The notes: generated by a model from the sequence alone, not told the origin. 63,514 nt of DNA, filler included, from Chthonomonadaceae bacterium (GCA_035650735.1; 8 parts of 8 records of this genome joined end to end with filler, not necessarily neighbours in it), one strand, 5' to 3'; counted from the first letter of the whole stretch, positions 29,399 through 39,551 are shown. Program-made: numbers and translations.

Positions 29399-31291
29399 CT
29401 ATCGGGCGCGCAGGGCATTCAGGATAGTCGCCAGGTCCAGAGCTTCCTGCAAGAGCGCGCCGACTGCCGGGGGAATGGCGCCCAGGCTGGCCAGGAGCAT
29501 CAGGAAGATACTGGCTCCGATACCGAAGAGGATACCCTGCCGTGCGACCCCGACCATCCGGCGTCCGATTGAGATCGTATCGGCGACCCGCTCCATGTTT
29601 TCTACGGTGATGACTACGTCCGCGGCATCGGTAGCAATTCCCGCGCCATAACCGCCCATAGCCACGCCGACGCTGGCCGCTGCCAGCGCGGGCGCATCAT
29701 TGATGCCATCCCCTACCATCATGACCGGGCCATCCGCCATGATTTCCCGAATCGCCGCCAGTTTGTCCTCTGGGTGCAGCCGTGCCCGAACCTCCTCGAT
29801 CCCGACTTTAGCTGCCACCGCCAGCGCTGTCTCTGGCGTATCGCCCGTCAGCATGAGCAGGCGCGCGATGCCCAGCCGATGCAGCCGCTCTAGCACTTGC
29901 GGCGCTTCCGGACGGAGCTTATCCTCAAAGAGAAGCATCCCGACCGGCAGGGAGTCCACGGCGACGTAAGCGACCGTATAGCCCTGTGCGCTCAGTTGGG
30001 CGCGCTCACGCCGGTGCTCCTCCGTTACCAGGATGCCTTGCGAGCGCATAAAGCGCTCGGAGCCAGCGGCGATACGCCAGCCCTGTACCGTCCCGCTAAT
30101 GCCAATGCCAGGAACCTCATGGATGTCTGTGGCAGGCTCCAGCGTCAATCCGCGCTCGCGCGCAGCCTGTACAAGCGCGTTTGCCAGTACGTGAGCAGAG
30201 AACATCTCCACCGCAGCGGCTGCCGACAGCAGCGCATCCGGCTGGGTCCAGGGGGGACGGGCGTCGGCAAAGCAGCAGATGCCGCTTAATGCGGGCGTGC
30301 CGACCGTGATGGTTCCGGTTTTGTCAAAGACAACGGCCTGGACGTTGGCCGCCTGCTCGATGGCGGCGCCGTTCTTGACGATGATGTTCAGGGAAGCTGC
30401 CCGATTCATGGCGGAGAGGACGGCCAGAGGGGTGGCGATAATCAACGGGCAGGGCGTGGCGACCACCAGGACAGAGAGGGCGCGGACGCTGTCGTGGGTC
30501 GTCAGCAGAGTCAGCGCCGAGATCGCCAGGGTCAGCAGCGTGAAGGCAGGCGTATAGTGATTGGCCAGCCGGTTGATGGGAGCGCGCTCTCCCTGCGCCT
30601 GCTGGACCATCCGCACGATCAACTCATATTTGCTCTGTGCGGCGGTATTGATCGTGCGGATGCGAAAATGGCCAGAGAGGTTGATCGTGCCGCTAAAGAC
30701 CCGGTCGCCGGGCAGTTTGGGGAGCGGAACCGGCTCGCCCGTGAGCGCGGCCTCATCCACGTTGCCCTGCCCCTCCATCACCACGCCATCCGCCGCGATG
30801 ATGTCGCCGGGGCGCACCAGGAGAACATCTCCGATAGCCAGGTCTGCCGCCGGCACATCCACGAAGGTGCCGTCCTGCTGGCGATGCGCGATGCTGGGGG
30901 CGCGGCGGAGCAGGTTCTCCAGGCTGCGGTTGGCCCGCCGCAGGCCGTAGTCTTCGAGCGCCTCGCCACCCGATTGCATCAGGACCACCAGCGCGCCCGC
31001 CAGATACTCCCCCAGGAGGATGGAACCCAGGATCGCCAGGGTCGCGATCGCGTCCACATGAAAACGTCCACGCGCCATGTTGCGGATGGTCGCCCAGGTC
31101 AGCGGTATCCCTCCGCCGAGGGCGACGACAGCAAAGACGCGATGCGCCGCCGGGGGCTTAAACGGGAACAGCAGCGCGCCCAGGAGCAGGCCGAGGGCCG
31201 CCAACGTGGCGACCGGATAGGGGCCTGGAAGGGCGAACCGAGCCTGTGTTGCTCGCTTCTGGAGGGAAGGCGGAGCGGGCAAGCTCAACAC
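29399..31291 (-). CDS. Heavy-metal P1B-type ATPase (P1B-5-like)
   Basis: Motifs LTGEP, ATPCPL, DKTGT, GDGINDAP and last-TM QEALD. GTG start overlaps the upstream stop. Confidence 0.9.
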   Translation of the reverse strand: MLSLPAPPSLQKRATQARFALPGPYPVATLAALGLLLGALLFPFKPPAAHRVFAVVALGGGIPLTWATIRNMARGRFHVDAIATLAILGSILLGEYLAGALVVLMQSGGEALEDYGLRRANRSLENLLRRAPSIAHRQQDGTFVDVPAADLAIGDVLLVRPGDIIAADGVVMEGQGNVDEAALTGEPVPLPKLPGDRVFSGTINLSGHFRIRTINTAAQSKYELIVRMVQQAQGERAPINRLANHYTPAFTLLTLAISALTLLTTHDSVRALSVLVVATPCPLIIATPLAVLSAMNRAASLNIIVKNGAAIEQAANVQAVVFDKTGTITVGTPALSGICCFADARPPWTQPDALLSAAAAVEMFSAHVLANALVQAARERGLTLEPATDIHEVPGIGISGTVQGWRIAAGSERFMRSQGILVTEEHRRERAQLSAQGYTVAYVAVDSLPVGMLLFEDKLRPEAPQVLERLHRLGIARLLMLTGDTPETALAVAAKVGIEEVRARLHPEDKLAAIREIMADGPVMMVGDGINDAPALAAASVGVAMGGYGAGIATDAADVVITVENMERVADTISIGRRMVGVARQGILFGIGASIFLMLLASLGAIPPAVGALLQEALDLATILNALRAR

Positions 31292-33168
31292 GCTGCCCCT
31301 TGCGCCCCAGAAGCCTCGAACCGCAGGCACAGATGGACGCTATCCTGGGTTCCGTGGGCCGTGACAACGAAGCCGTAACGCAGCAGCAGGTCAATCATCC
31401 TAACGTTATCCGCCTGCACATAAGCCTCAAATCCTGCCAGATGCTGCTTCTTCCCCACTTCCAGCAGCGTGCCCATCAGCAGCGTGCCGATCCCTTTCTC
31501 CTGCCAGTCATCGCGCACTGTGAAGGCTAACTCCGCCATGCGCGTCCTCTCATCCAGATAGTAGCGGCCCACGCCCAGTATCTCCTCGCGGGCCTCTCTC
31601 TGCCGCACGACCACCAGCGCCATCTCGCGCTCGTAATCCACATTGACCAACTTCATCCGCTCGCGGCGCGGCAGCGATTTGATCATATGGCCGTAGCGGC
31701 GGAAGACGGTCTCCTCCGAAAGCTGGTAGTGGAACTCGCGCAGAGGCTCTTCATCGGTGGGACGGATCGGACGCAGGAGGACCGGGGTGCCATCACGCAG
31801 GCGCGCAGGCTCCTCAAACTCCTCCGGATAGCGCGGGATGAGGGCCTGGTCGGTCTGATCCGGTGGAACAAGATGACGCTCTTTGGCCGCCGCGAGGAGT
31901 TCGCGGCGAAAGTCGGGATGCGCGATGCGGATTAACGCCAGCGCCCGCTCACGCAAGCTCTTGCCGTGCAGGTAAGCGACGCCCCACTCGGTGACAACAT
32001 AGTGGACGTCGCCGCGTGAGGTCACCACGCCCGCGCCCGGCTTCAAGGCAGGCACAATTCGGGAGATCATGGTTCCGTCCGGCAGGGTGGCCGTCGAAGG
32101 GAGCGCAATGATGGGCCTGCCGCCCTGGCTGCGGGCCGCGCCTCGGATGAAGTCTACCTGCCCGCCGATGCCGCTGTAGAACCGCTCTCCGATGGAGTCG
32201 GCGCAGACCTGGCCGGTCATATCCACCTCAATGGCGGCGTTGATGGCGACCATCTTGGCGTTTTGGGCGATGACGAAGGGATCGTTGACATACTCGGTGG
32301 GATAAAACTCGACCGCCGGGTTATTGTCCACAAACGCATAGAGCGCCTGCGTTCCCATGCAGAAAGAGGTCACGATCTTGCCCGAATGCAGGCTCTTGTA
32401 ACGGCCCGTCAGTACGCCCGCCTTCACGAGCGGGATTACCCCGTCGCTCAACATCTCGGTGTGGATGCCCAGATCCTTCTTTCCTGTCAGTGAAGCCAGC
32501 ACCGCGTCCGGGATCGCGCCGATGCCCATCTGCAATGTCGAACCGTCCTCGATCAGGTCGGCGATATAGCGGCCAATCCGCTGTGTGACCTCACTTTGGG
32601 GCGTGGGCGCCAGTTCTAGCAGCGGGCGATCACTCTCGACGAAGGCATCTATCTCACTGACATGCAGAAAGCTGTCGCCGAGCGTGCGGGGCATCTGCCG
32701 GTTGACCTCGGCGATGACGTAGCGCGCGCTCTCGACGGCGGCTTTGACGACATCCACCGAGACTCCCAGGCTGCAATAGCCGTGCGCGTCGGGCGGGGAT
32801 ACCATCACCAGGGCATAATCTAACGGGACCTGCCCCTTGCGGAAGAGGGCTGGAACCTCGGAAAGAAAGATGGGGGTGTAGTCGGCGCGGCAAGCGTTGA
32901 CGGCCTCGCGGACATTGGCGCCGATGAAAAAGGCGTTGTGGCGAAACTGGTTTTCAAACTGCATGGCCGAGTAGGGGGCCGTTCCCAGGGTCAGGATATG
33001 GACGATCTCGGTATCGGCGAGGCGGTCGGCGCGGGCCGTGAGTGCGTCCACCAGCGTCTGGGGCTCGGCGCAGTTGCTGCCCACAAAGACCCGCTGCCCG
33101 GACTTAATCGGGGCAACGGCCTGTGCCGCGCTCATTGTGCGTTGGTCATAAATCTGCTGCCAATCCAA
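31285..33168 (-). CDS. Acetyl-CoA hydrolase/4-hydroxybutyrate CoA-transferase fused to a C-terminal GNAT domain
   Basis: Motifs LQMGIGAIP, HTEM, SGIGGQVDFIRGA and VVTEWG, then LRPIRPTDE...AELAFTVRDDWQEKGIG. Confidence 0.9.
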   Translation of the reverse strand: MDWQQIYDQRTMSAAQAVAPIKSGQRVFVGSNCAEPQTLVDALTARADRLADTEIVHILTLGTAPYSAMQFENQFRHNAFFIGANVREAVNACRADYTPIFLSEVPALFRKGQVPLDYALVMVSPPDAHGYCSLGVSVDVVKAAVESARYVIAEVNRQMPRTLGDSFLHVSEIDAFVESDRPLLELAPTPQSEVTQRIGRYIADLIEDGSTLQMGIGAIPDAVLASLTGKKDLGIHTEMLSDGVIPLVKAGVLTGRYKSLHSGKIVTSFCMGTQALYAFVDNNPAVEFYPTEYVNDPFVIAQNAKMVAINAAIEVDMTGQVCADSIGERFYSGIGGQVDFIRGAARSQGGRPIIALPSTATLPDGTMISRIVPALKPGAGVVTSRGDVHYVVTEWGVAYLHGKSLRERALALIRIAHPDFRRELLAAAKERHLVPPDQTDQALIPRYPEEFEEPARLRDGTPVLLRPIRPTDEEPLREFHYQLSEETVFRRYGHMIKSLPRRERMKLVNVDYEREMALVVVRQREAREEILGVGRYYLDERTRMAELAFTVRDDWQEKGIGTLLMGTLLEVGKKQHLAGFEAYVQADNVRMIDLLLRYGFVVTAHGTQDSVHLCLRFEASGAQGAAC

Positions 33169-33199
33169 GGCGACTACTCCTTTGGAATAGGACCGACGA

Positions 33200-34264
33200 T
33201 CAAGGCCGGATCGCGACCTTTATTACACCGTCCCTCCGCTCCCCAAACAGCCCGTAGGCTTCCTTGATGTCGTCCAGCGAGAAGGTGTGAGTCAGCAGCG
33301 GTGTCAGATCTACTCGCCCGTTCTTGACGGTTTCCATCAAGCGGCGCATGCGCTCTTTACCGCCCGGGCAGAGCGTCGTCACGACTTTGTAGTCGCCTAT
33401 GCCGGCCGCGAAGGCGTCGTAAGGTACCTGCAGCTTGCCTGAGTAGACGCCCAGACTCGACAGCGTGCCCCCCGGTCGCAGACAGCGCAGACAATTCTCG
33501 AATGTCTCCTGTGTTCCCAGGGCTTCTATCGCCACATCCACACCCCCGCCCGTCAACCGTTTCACTTCTGCGACCACATCCTGCTCTTTAAAATTGAGCG
33601 CCACGTCCGCTCCCATCCGCTTCGCCATCCCCAAACGGACAGGGTCGCTGTCCACACCGATGATGAGCGATGCGCCCATCAGCCGCGCGCCCGCTGTAGC
33701 GCACAGGCCAATCGGCCCCTGTGCGAAGACGACGACCGTATCGCCGATTTTGACCTGGCCTGCTTCCGCCCCACTAAACCCCGTCGAAGCAATATCGGCA
33801 AGTAGCACGACTTGTTCATCGCTCACTCCCTGCGGGATTATGGCAAGATTTGCCTGCGCGCTAGGAACGAGCAGATATTCCGCCTGCGCGCCGTTGATGG
33901 TATTGCCGAACCTCCAGCCGCCGAGGGCTTGAGTGTCCTCACCGTGACCGCACTGAGCCCAATGGCTGGAGAGACAAGCGCGGCACTGTCCACAGGGCGT
34001 GATCGCGCCGACCAGCACGCGGTCACCGACTTTGTAGCCGGTGACGCCCGGTCCTATTTCTTCTATGATCCCGACCGGCTCATGTCCGATCACCAGTCCC
34101 GGCTTGACGGGGTACTCTCCGCGCACAATATGCAGGTCGGTTCCGCATATCGTCGTCAAGGTGATTCGAATGACTGCCTCTCCTACTGAAGGATGCGGCT
34201 TTTTCACTTCTTCAATGCCGATGTCATTGACACCACGAAACACATTAGCGCGCATCGTTCCCAT
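33200..34264 (-). CDS. Zinc-dependent alcohol dehydrogenase (MDR family)
   Basis: Motifs ICGTDLH, GHEPVG, CGQCRAC...C and AQGPIG. Confidence 0.93.
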   Translation of the reverse strand: MGTMRANVFRGVNDIGIEEVKKPHPSVGEAVIRITLTTICGTDLHIVRGEYPVKPGLVIGHEPVGIIEEIGPGVTGYKVGDRVLVGAITPCGQCRACLSSHWAQCGHGEDTQALGGWRFGNTINGAQAEYLLVPSAQANLAIIPQGVSDEQVVLLADIASTGFSGAEAGQVKIGDTVVVFAQGPIGLCATAGARLMGASLIIGVDSDPVRLGMAKRMGADVALNFKEQDVVAEVKRLTGGGVDVAIEALGTQETFENCLRCLRPGGTLSSLGVYSGKLQVPYDAFAAGIGDYKVVTTLCPGGKERMRRLMETVKNGRVDLTPLLTHTFSLDDIKEAYGLFGERRDGVIKVAIRP

Positions 34265-34327
34265 GCTCTATCTGCCTTTCCTGACGCACAAATTCCTACT
34301 TCTCCTGAGACGGCTCTTGGCCTTCCC

Positions 34328-34981
34328 TCAGCTTACGCTTGAGGCGAGAGCGTCCGCGTGCCGTTGTGCCCGCGCCTCGGCGCGCTGCTTGATCTCCAAG
34401 AGCATCTTGCGTTCCATGATGAAGTGGGCCGGTTCGAACACGGTATAGTGCGTGACCCGACCGAGCAGGCCGGGTATCCAGTCCCCGCCCCGGCTCCGGA
34501 TAATCAAGCGTGTCGTCCGTGCGTCCTGTTCCTTGAGGTGGAAGCCCCATATTCCCGGTTCGCCGGTGCTGCTGCCGAGCACGAGCGTGCGGCCCGGTTC
34601 GACCAGGACAACAGGCAGCGGCGGTGCTTTAGGATGCAGCCACACGTTGTCCCCAACCTGAATGTGCTGCCACGCTGGAACGATCTGCTCCGCGTTGCGC
34701 ATATGACAGCCGACCAGGTTTTCCAGCCAGGCATAGCTGTAGAACCCACCTCTGTCTTGACCGATCTGAACCAGCCACGGCCAGACCTGAGCAATAGGCG
34801 CGTGAATGGTGATGGCATGCGTTATCTGTTGCTTCGGATGAGGCACGAGGTCATCACCGGGCAGGGGTTCCTGAACCTCAGCCTCCGTCGCCCCCCAGCG
34901 CAGATGCCAGGGCCGCACGATCCACCAGTAGGCTAAGCCACTGCCCAAGAGAGCCAAGGGCAGGGAATTCCACAGGGACAT
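34328..34981 (-). CDS. SRPBCC-like hypothetical protein
   Basis: Motifs WGATEAEVQEPLPGDDLV, VWPWLVQIGQDRGGFYSY and HFIMERKML. Confidence 0.75.
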   Translation of the reverse strand: MSLWNSLPLALLGSGLAYWWIVRPWHLRWGATEAEVQEPLPGDDLVPHPKQQITHAITIHAPIAQVWPWLVQIGQDRGGFYSYAWLENLVGCHMRNAEQIVPAWQHIQVGDNVWLHPKAPPLPVVLVEPGRTLVLGSSTGEPGIWGFHLKEQDARTTRLIIRSRGGDWIPGLLGRVTHYTVFEPAHFIMERKMLLEIKQRAEARAQRHADALASSVS

Positions 34982-35132
34982 GGATGGGTTCTCCTTTCCT
35001 GTTCGAATGCGTTACGTTGCCAGTATAGCGGTTTGGCTCCTTGAAAACATCCGCTAAATGGCCGATTGTAATACGGTTTCGGTGACGACGCATCGAAGAG
35101 GCGAGGTACTTTGCCTTTTGGCACGCCAGCGT

Positions 35133-35753
35133 TTATCGCACATGAAGGGTGAGCTTGTCGCCTGGAGCAGAGCGAACCGTTCCAGCGTTAACGAACTCAG
35201 CGGTCCACTCCTTCAGGAACTGATCGAGTGCTTCCCAATCCGTATACTCGGTATTTCGCGAGGTGTCAATGGAAGTGCCCGATAGCCTGGCAATCAGGCG
35301 GATCATGAACCGGAGGAACGGACCATACTGGCGATACATGAGTGCGCCCGCGACGGGAAACACGCGTGCCGGGCGCCAGCCGGTCTCCTGGATGAACGCC
35401 TCGATCATTCGCTTCACCTTTGCAGTGGAGCGCTCACGGGCGGCTGGAGAGGCAGCACGGTCCTCGGCACCCGCTTCGGACGCGCTCACCGAGAGAAATA
35501 CGGCCCGCATCCACTCCAGTTCGGATCGGTGTGACTGGACAAAGGCGACAATCTCCGGCTCGTGCTTGCCGAAGTGGACCGAAGCGGCGAGGATAGCAGC
35601 CTCATAGCGCGCGAACGTGAACTTCAGTGGGAGCGTCGCGGCATCTAGAACGTCCGCATCAAATCCGTTCCTGCAGAGCGCGGCTCCGACATACTCAGCG
35701 ATACGGCGCGTCTGCCCTTCCCGCGTAGCATACAGAACGAGAATTGGTTTCAT
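35133..35753 (-). CDS. HemG-like flavodoxin (menaquinone-dependent protoporphyrinogen oxidase family)
   Basis: Motifs LYATREGQTRRIA, VAGALMY and EYTDW. Confidence 0.85.
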   Translation of the reverse strand: MKPILVLYATREGQTRRIAEYVGAALCRNGFDADVLDAATLPLKFTFARYEAAILAASVHFGKHEPEIVAFVQSHRSELEWMRAVFLSVSASEAGAEDRAASPAARERSTAKVKRMIEAFIQETGWRPARVFPVAGALMYRQYGPFLRFMIRLIARLSGTSIDTSRNTEYTDWEALDQFLKEWTAEFVNAGTVRSAPGDKLTLHVR

Positions 35754-35824
35754 AGCATCTATCCTCCCAGGCTGTTTATAGCACGCCGAGCGCGGTACGG
35801 ACATCCCCACTTTGACGGATTCTG

Positions 35825-36335
35825 CTAACGCCCCGGTGCCGCAGGGGAGCGCGGAACAGTTCTACCCGGCAGCCGCTTCGGCTGCGGTGTGGCTTTGTCC
35901 TGATGCCTCCCCACTAGGCGTGGTCCGGGACGACCGGATAGCAGGAGCGGAACCCCGGCCAAGCTGGCGACGAGCAGGCCGGCGTCTTCGGGGACGCCCA
36001 GCCGGAGGGCCGCGTTAAAGCCCACCAAGGCCCAGAGGAAGGGAATGACTAGCAGAGAGGCCGGCACGCTGCCCTCCGCCCACAGGAGCAGCCCGAAGGT
36101 GAAGATCACCGTAGGGCAGGGGGTCAGGCCGAAGCTGGGCGAGAGCGGATAGCCATGCCCCAGGATTGCCCCTAAGACGGGGTAGGCCAGCAGGGCGTAC
36201 AGCAGGAACAGGCTGCCCACGAACGCCCGCAGGGACGTGCCCAGGCGGAAGGCGATGTCGGGGCGCCTGGTTGCGACCCACACGAACAGACCCGATTGCA
36301 GCAGGAACAACGCACCGAAACCCAACGCCGCCCAG
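35825..36335 (-). pseudogene. DUF6064-like membrane protein, 5'-truncated
   Basis: Motif YPLSPSFGLTPCPTVIFTFGLLL. The N-terminus is replaced by IS1182 sequence. Confidence 0.65.
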
Positions 36336-37598
36336 TCGATCTGAAAGTGGAAACATCCAAACCCTGACCGGCCTTGGCTTGCCAGTGTAAATCCGGGCGC
36401 GTCGGCCCCAGCAGATCCACTCCAAACTCTTTGTGGCTGGAGACCAACAGGTCGGCATCCAAGTAGCCGGTGTCCACAATATGGGTTTTGGGCAGCAGGT
36501 CTTTATCCTTGAGCGCCTGATGTACCTAAGGCGTTGCTTCGCCATCGGCTATCGGTGCGGCAGTCGTCGCGACATGAGTAATCAGCGGTGGTGTCTCGTC
36601 TTCGCAGGTCTCGGTCAGATGCACTTTGTAGCCAACCCAGCAGGTATTGCCTTTCTTGCACAGATGCGCGTCCGTATCGTAGAGCGAACTCAGAAAGCAG
36701 GTGGCGGGAGGGATGTTGTCCGCTTCCCGCCATTCTAATCCTTTCTGTGTCTGCTGATAATTCTGCACCCAGATCTGGCGCATTCCCTGAACCGCTGGCA
36801 ATTGGCGTAACGAGATAGGCGCATGGGGAGTATAGACCGCGTTCAAGAGCGCCAGGCCGTCCGCGCCGATGGTTTGTGCCAGTGCCTGACGCTCCTCCGG
36901 CTTGGCAGGCAAGCGCTCCGGTTCAAAACGGCGCACATAGCGTTTGGCCCATTCCGGTTGCAGACGAGTGCGTAGCCAATCGGGATCCGCAACGGCGAGC
37001 GCATCCAGCGTGGCACGCATCGTCTCCAGTACCAGTTCGTAGCGATTGATGGCCCGCACGGCTGCCAGCACATGGGTGGAGTCGGCGCGCTGTTTGCCGC
37101 CTGCCTTGAGTAATTTCTTCTCTCGACACCAGGTAAGCAAGGTGTCCAGTAGCAGATGTTCGGCATTCCCTTCCAGCAAGCGAGCACGGAACTCGCACAA
37201 CACCGAGGGATCGAAGCCAGGATCTTCCAACTCCAGGGAGAGCGCGTATTTCCAGTCGATACGACTGCGCACCGCTTCTGCGGCCTGCTGATCGGAGAGG
37301 CCTTCGGCGAACTGCATGATGGTCACCAGTGCCAGACGCCAGGGCGCTTCAGCAGGCTGTCCTCTGCATGGAAACAGGGGAGCGAAGATTTCATCCTGAA
37401 ACAGAATGCCCAGTTGATCGCGCAAGGTGAGGTAGGGATTGCCTTTGGGGAAGGCGGCTTTGGCCATGCGTACCGTCAACTCAGGAACCGGATCGACAGG
37501 TCTTTGTTGCAGGGACATAGAGTGCCTCCTCGAAAATCAAGAACGCGCTCCTGTTCTGCAGGACGGTTCAAGCTTCCTCCGAATTCGCCAGTGGTATC
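36335..37598 (-). mobile_element. IS1182-family element, truncated; transposase from 37518 with in-frame TAG at 36526-36528
   Basis: Motifs AAFPKGNPY, RIDWKYALSL, RADSTHV, WVGYKVHLTETC and VDTGY. Probable left end GATACCACTGGCGAATTC at 37598. The 3' part is deleted. Confidence 0.9.
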
Positions 37599-37725
37599 TA
37601 AAGAAGTGGCAGAACCCTCTGCTGATTACGTATAGCAAGCGGCTTGGAATACGGCACGTTCAGTCAGGAGTCCTCCTGGCCTTTCGGACAGGAGGCTTTG
37701 CCGTAGGAATGCCCTGCTCCCCTGG

Positions 37726-38185
37726 CAGGGTTATTCAATTCTCGGCGCTGTTGCGTTTTTGGCGTCCGCCAGGACGCTTGGCCGGAGTCGTAGAGCGCCG
37801 GAGGTTGAAAACCCCGATCCGTGCCGGGCACGGAAAGTACCCGGCTAGAGGGCGGCTGCGCCGCCGACCGTCCTCCCGGACGGAATAACCTGGCTTTCCT
37901 GTGCGTCCGCCAGGGCGCTTGGCCGTAGGCCCTGGAGACGGGGGTTGAAAACCCCCGGCGTGCCGGGGCGGTTACGCCGCCAACCGACTGCAAGGGATGG
38001 CACTTCGCACGCTCGCTTTGCCTTGCGACTGTGGATGGAACCACCTGGCTTGGCTGTGCGTCCGCTAGTCGCAAGGCCGAGCCGCGAACCGTTGAGCGGC
38101 GTCCCTTGCAGTCGCTTGGCCGTAGGCCCTGGAGACGGGTACTTTCCGTGCCCGGCGTCGAGTGCCGGGAAACGGAAGGACCCTG
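37726..38185. mobile_element. Expanded family D MITE: three tandem internal units, two carrying family B inserts
   Basis: Starts CAGGGTTATTC and ends GGAAACGGAAGGACCCTG as in 12197-12318. The GCGTCCGCCAGG(A/G)CGCTTGGCCG unit occurs three times. Confidence 0.8.
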
Positions 38186-38231
38186 CCCAGCGGCCGGGAA
38201 GTGAGCCGAGGAGAACGGTCCGATTGAGTGC

Positions 38232-38323
38232 CTACCCTGCTAGCCACTGGTCCAGCCATGCGAACGCCTCCGCCTGCATCGGGCCGTCGAGCTTGTGACC
38301 GCCCGGATACAACGAAAGGCGGA
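38232..38323 (-). CDS. 3' end of an alpha/beta hydrolase (dienelactone hydrolase-like)
   Basis: RLSLYPGGHKLDGPMQAEAFAWLDQWLAG*. Truncated by the linker. Confidence 0.6.
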
Positions 38324-38423
38324 NNNNNNNNNNNNNNNNNNNNNNNNNNNNNNNNNNNNNNNNNNNNTTAATTAATTAANNNNNNNNNNNNNNNNNNNNN
38401 NNNNNNNNNNNNNNNNNNNNNNN

Positions 38424-38747
38424 TGGGGCGGCGAGTTCGGGCGCACGCCCACCGTCGAGCTGCCGACCCCCGGAGCCAACGCCGGCAAACAGAACGGGCG
38501 CGACCACAACCACTACGGCTTTTCGATGTGGATGGCGGGCGGGGGCATCAAAGGCGGCCAGGTCTATGGCGCCACCGACGAGTTCGGCTTTAAGGCTGTG
38601 GAGAACCCCGTCCACGTCCACGACCTGCACGCCACCATCCTGCGTCTGCTCGGCTTCGACCACACCAAGCTCACCTACCGCTACGCCGGGCGTGACTTCC
38701 GCCTCACCGATGTCTACGGCAACGTCATCGAGCCGCTGATCGCGTAA
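38424..38747 (+). CDS. DUF1501-family protein, C-terminal fragment
   Basis: WGGEFGRTP...GRDH...AGGGIKGG...[10 protein letters not shown]...RLTDV. Confidence 0.9.
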   Translation, partial: WGGEFGRTPTVELPTPGANAGKQNGRDHNHYGFSMWMAGGGIKGGQVYGATDEFGFKAVENPVHVHDLHATILRLLGFDHTKLTYRYAGRDFRLTDVYGNVIEPLIA

Positions 38748-38771
38748 CAACTACAAAATATAATAAAAAAC

Positions 38772-38813
38772 GCAAGCCCCCGTCTCTTCCTGATAGAGTA
38801 ACGGGGGCTTTGC
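38772..38813. terminator. Bidirectional intrinsic terminator
   Basis: AAGCCCCCGT...ACGGGGGCTT stem between convergent genes, with an A-run on the left. Confidence 0.65.
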
Positions 38814-38863
38814 CGTTGGCGGCTCGGTATTAATTCATCCAAGTTTATCAGGCGTGGGGAGTG

Positions 38864-39310
38864 TCACTGTTTCTGGTAAACCAGCGTGATGTCCTGGAAG
38901 GTGCCATTGCTGAACTTGAAGTTAAACGTGTTGTTACCTACATTGGCCATGTTGACGGCCACGGAAGTCCCGCTTCCGGTCGGAGTAAAGATGAGCGTCG
39001 AGCTGCTGAGCTCGTAGGTTCCATGGCCGCCGAGGGCGCCGCTGTCCACGCCCGTCATGACATAAGTGCCATCGGCGTTAAGCGTCAAGTCATCCGTCGC
39101 GCCGCAGGAGAAGGTGGTATTGGCGTTGGTGGCGGAACCGGGGCAGGTCGCTCTCGTTCCTGTGCTGCTGATGAGGCCGACATTGCGGTAGGTGCCGGTA
39201 ACGCCCTGGTTGGGGTTATGGCTGCTGCTGCCGCCGCCACAGCCAAACAGAGCCAGACAAGGCAACAGTGCTGCCGCCCCAAGCAAGGCCAAACCTTTTC
39301 TAAAAGACAT
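38864..39310 (-). CDS. Lipoprotein, lipocalin-like beta-barrel
   Basis: Lipobox LFGC, Gly/Ser linker, and GTY...LTLNADGTY...GTY. Confidence 0.7.
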   Translation of the reverse strand: MSFRKGLALLGAAALLPCLALFGCGGGSSSHNPNQGVTGTYRNVGLISSTGTRATCPGSATNANTTFSCGATDDLTLNADGTYVMTGVDSGALGGHGTYELSSSTLIFTPTGSGTSVAVNMANVGNNTFNFKFSNGTFQDITLVYQKQ

Positions 39311-39551
39311 TCATTCCTCCCTAAAGTGATTGCTATGAGGTTCCCGGCGGCAAATTCTCCTGACAGACTGCCGGCCGGTATCCTATCCTGGTTATCGGTA
39401 GAAAGAGCCGGCTTTCTTCAGACGTCTCGGAAGTTGTGCCGTTTTAAAAAGAGGAAATAGGATTATCTAGCAGTGGGAGGTTTCCTGTGGCAGATGCGTT
39501 TTCAAACTCAAAGCGCAAAGGGCTAGGCTGTTGGCAAGCCAGCCTAAGGCG

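Noticed and set aside
37901..38075. GTGCG-starting units resembling group II intron 5' ends
   Set aside because: No domain V/VI or RT nearby. The units are better explained as internal modules of the TSD-flanked MITE.
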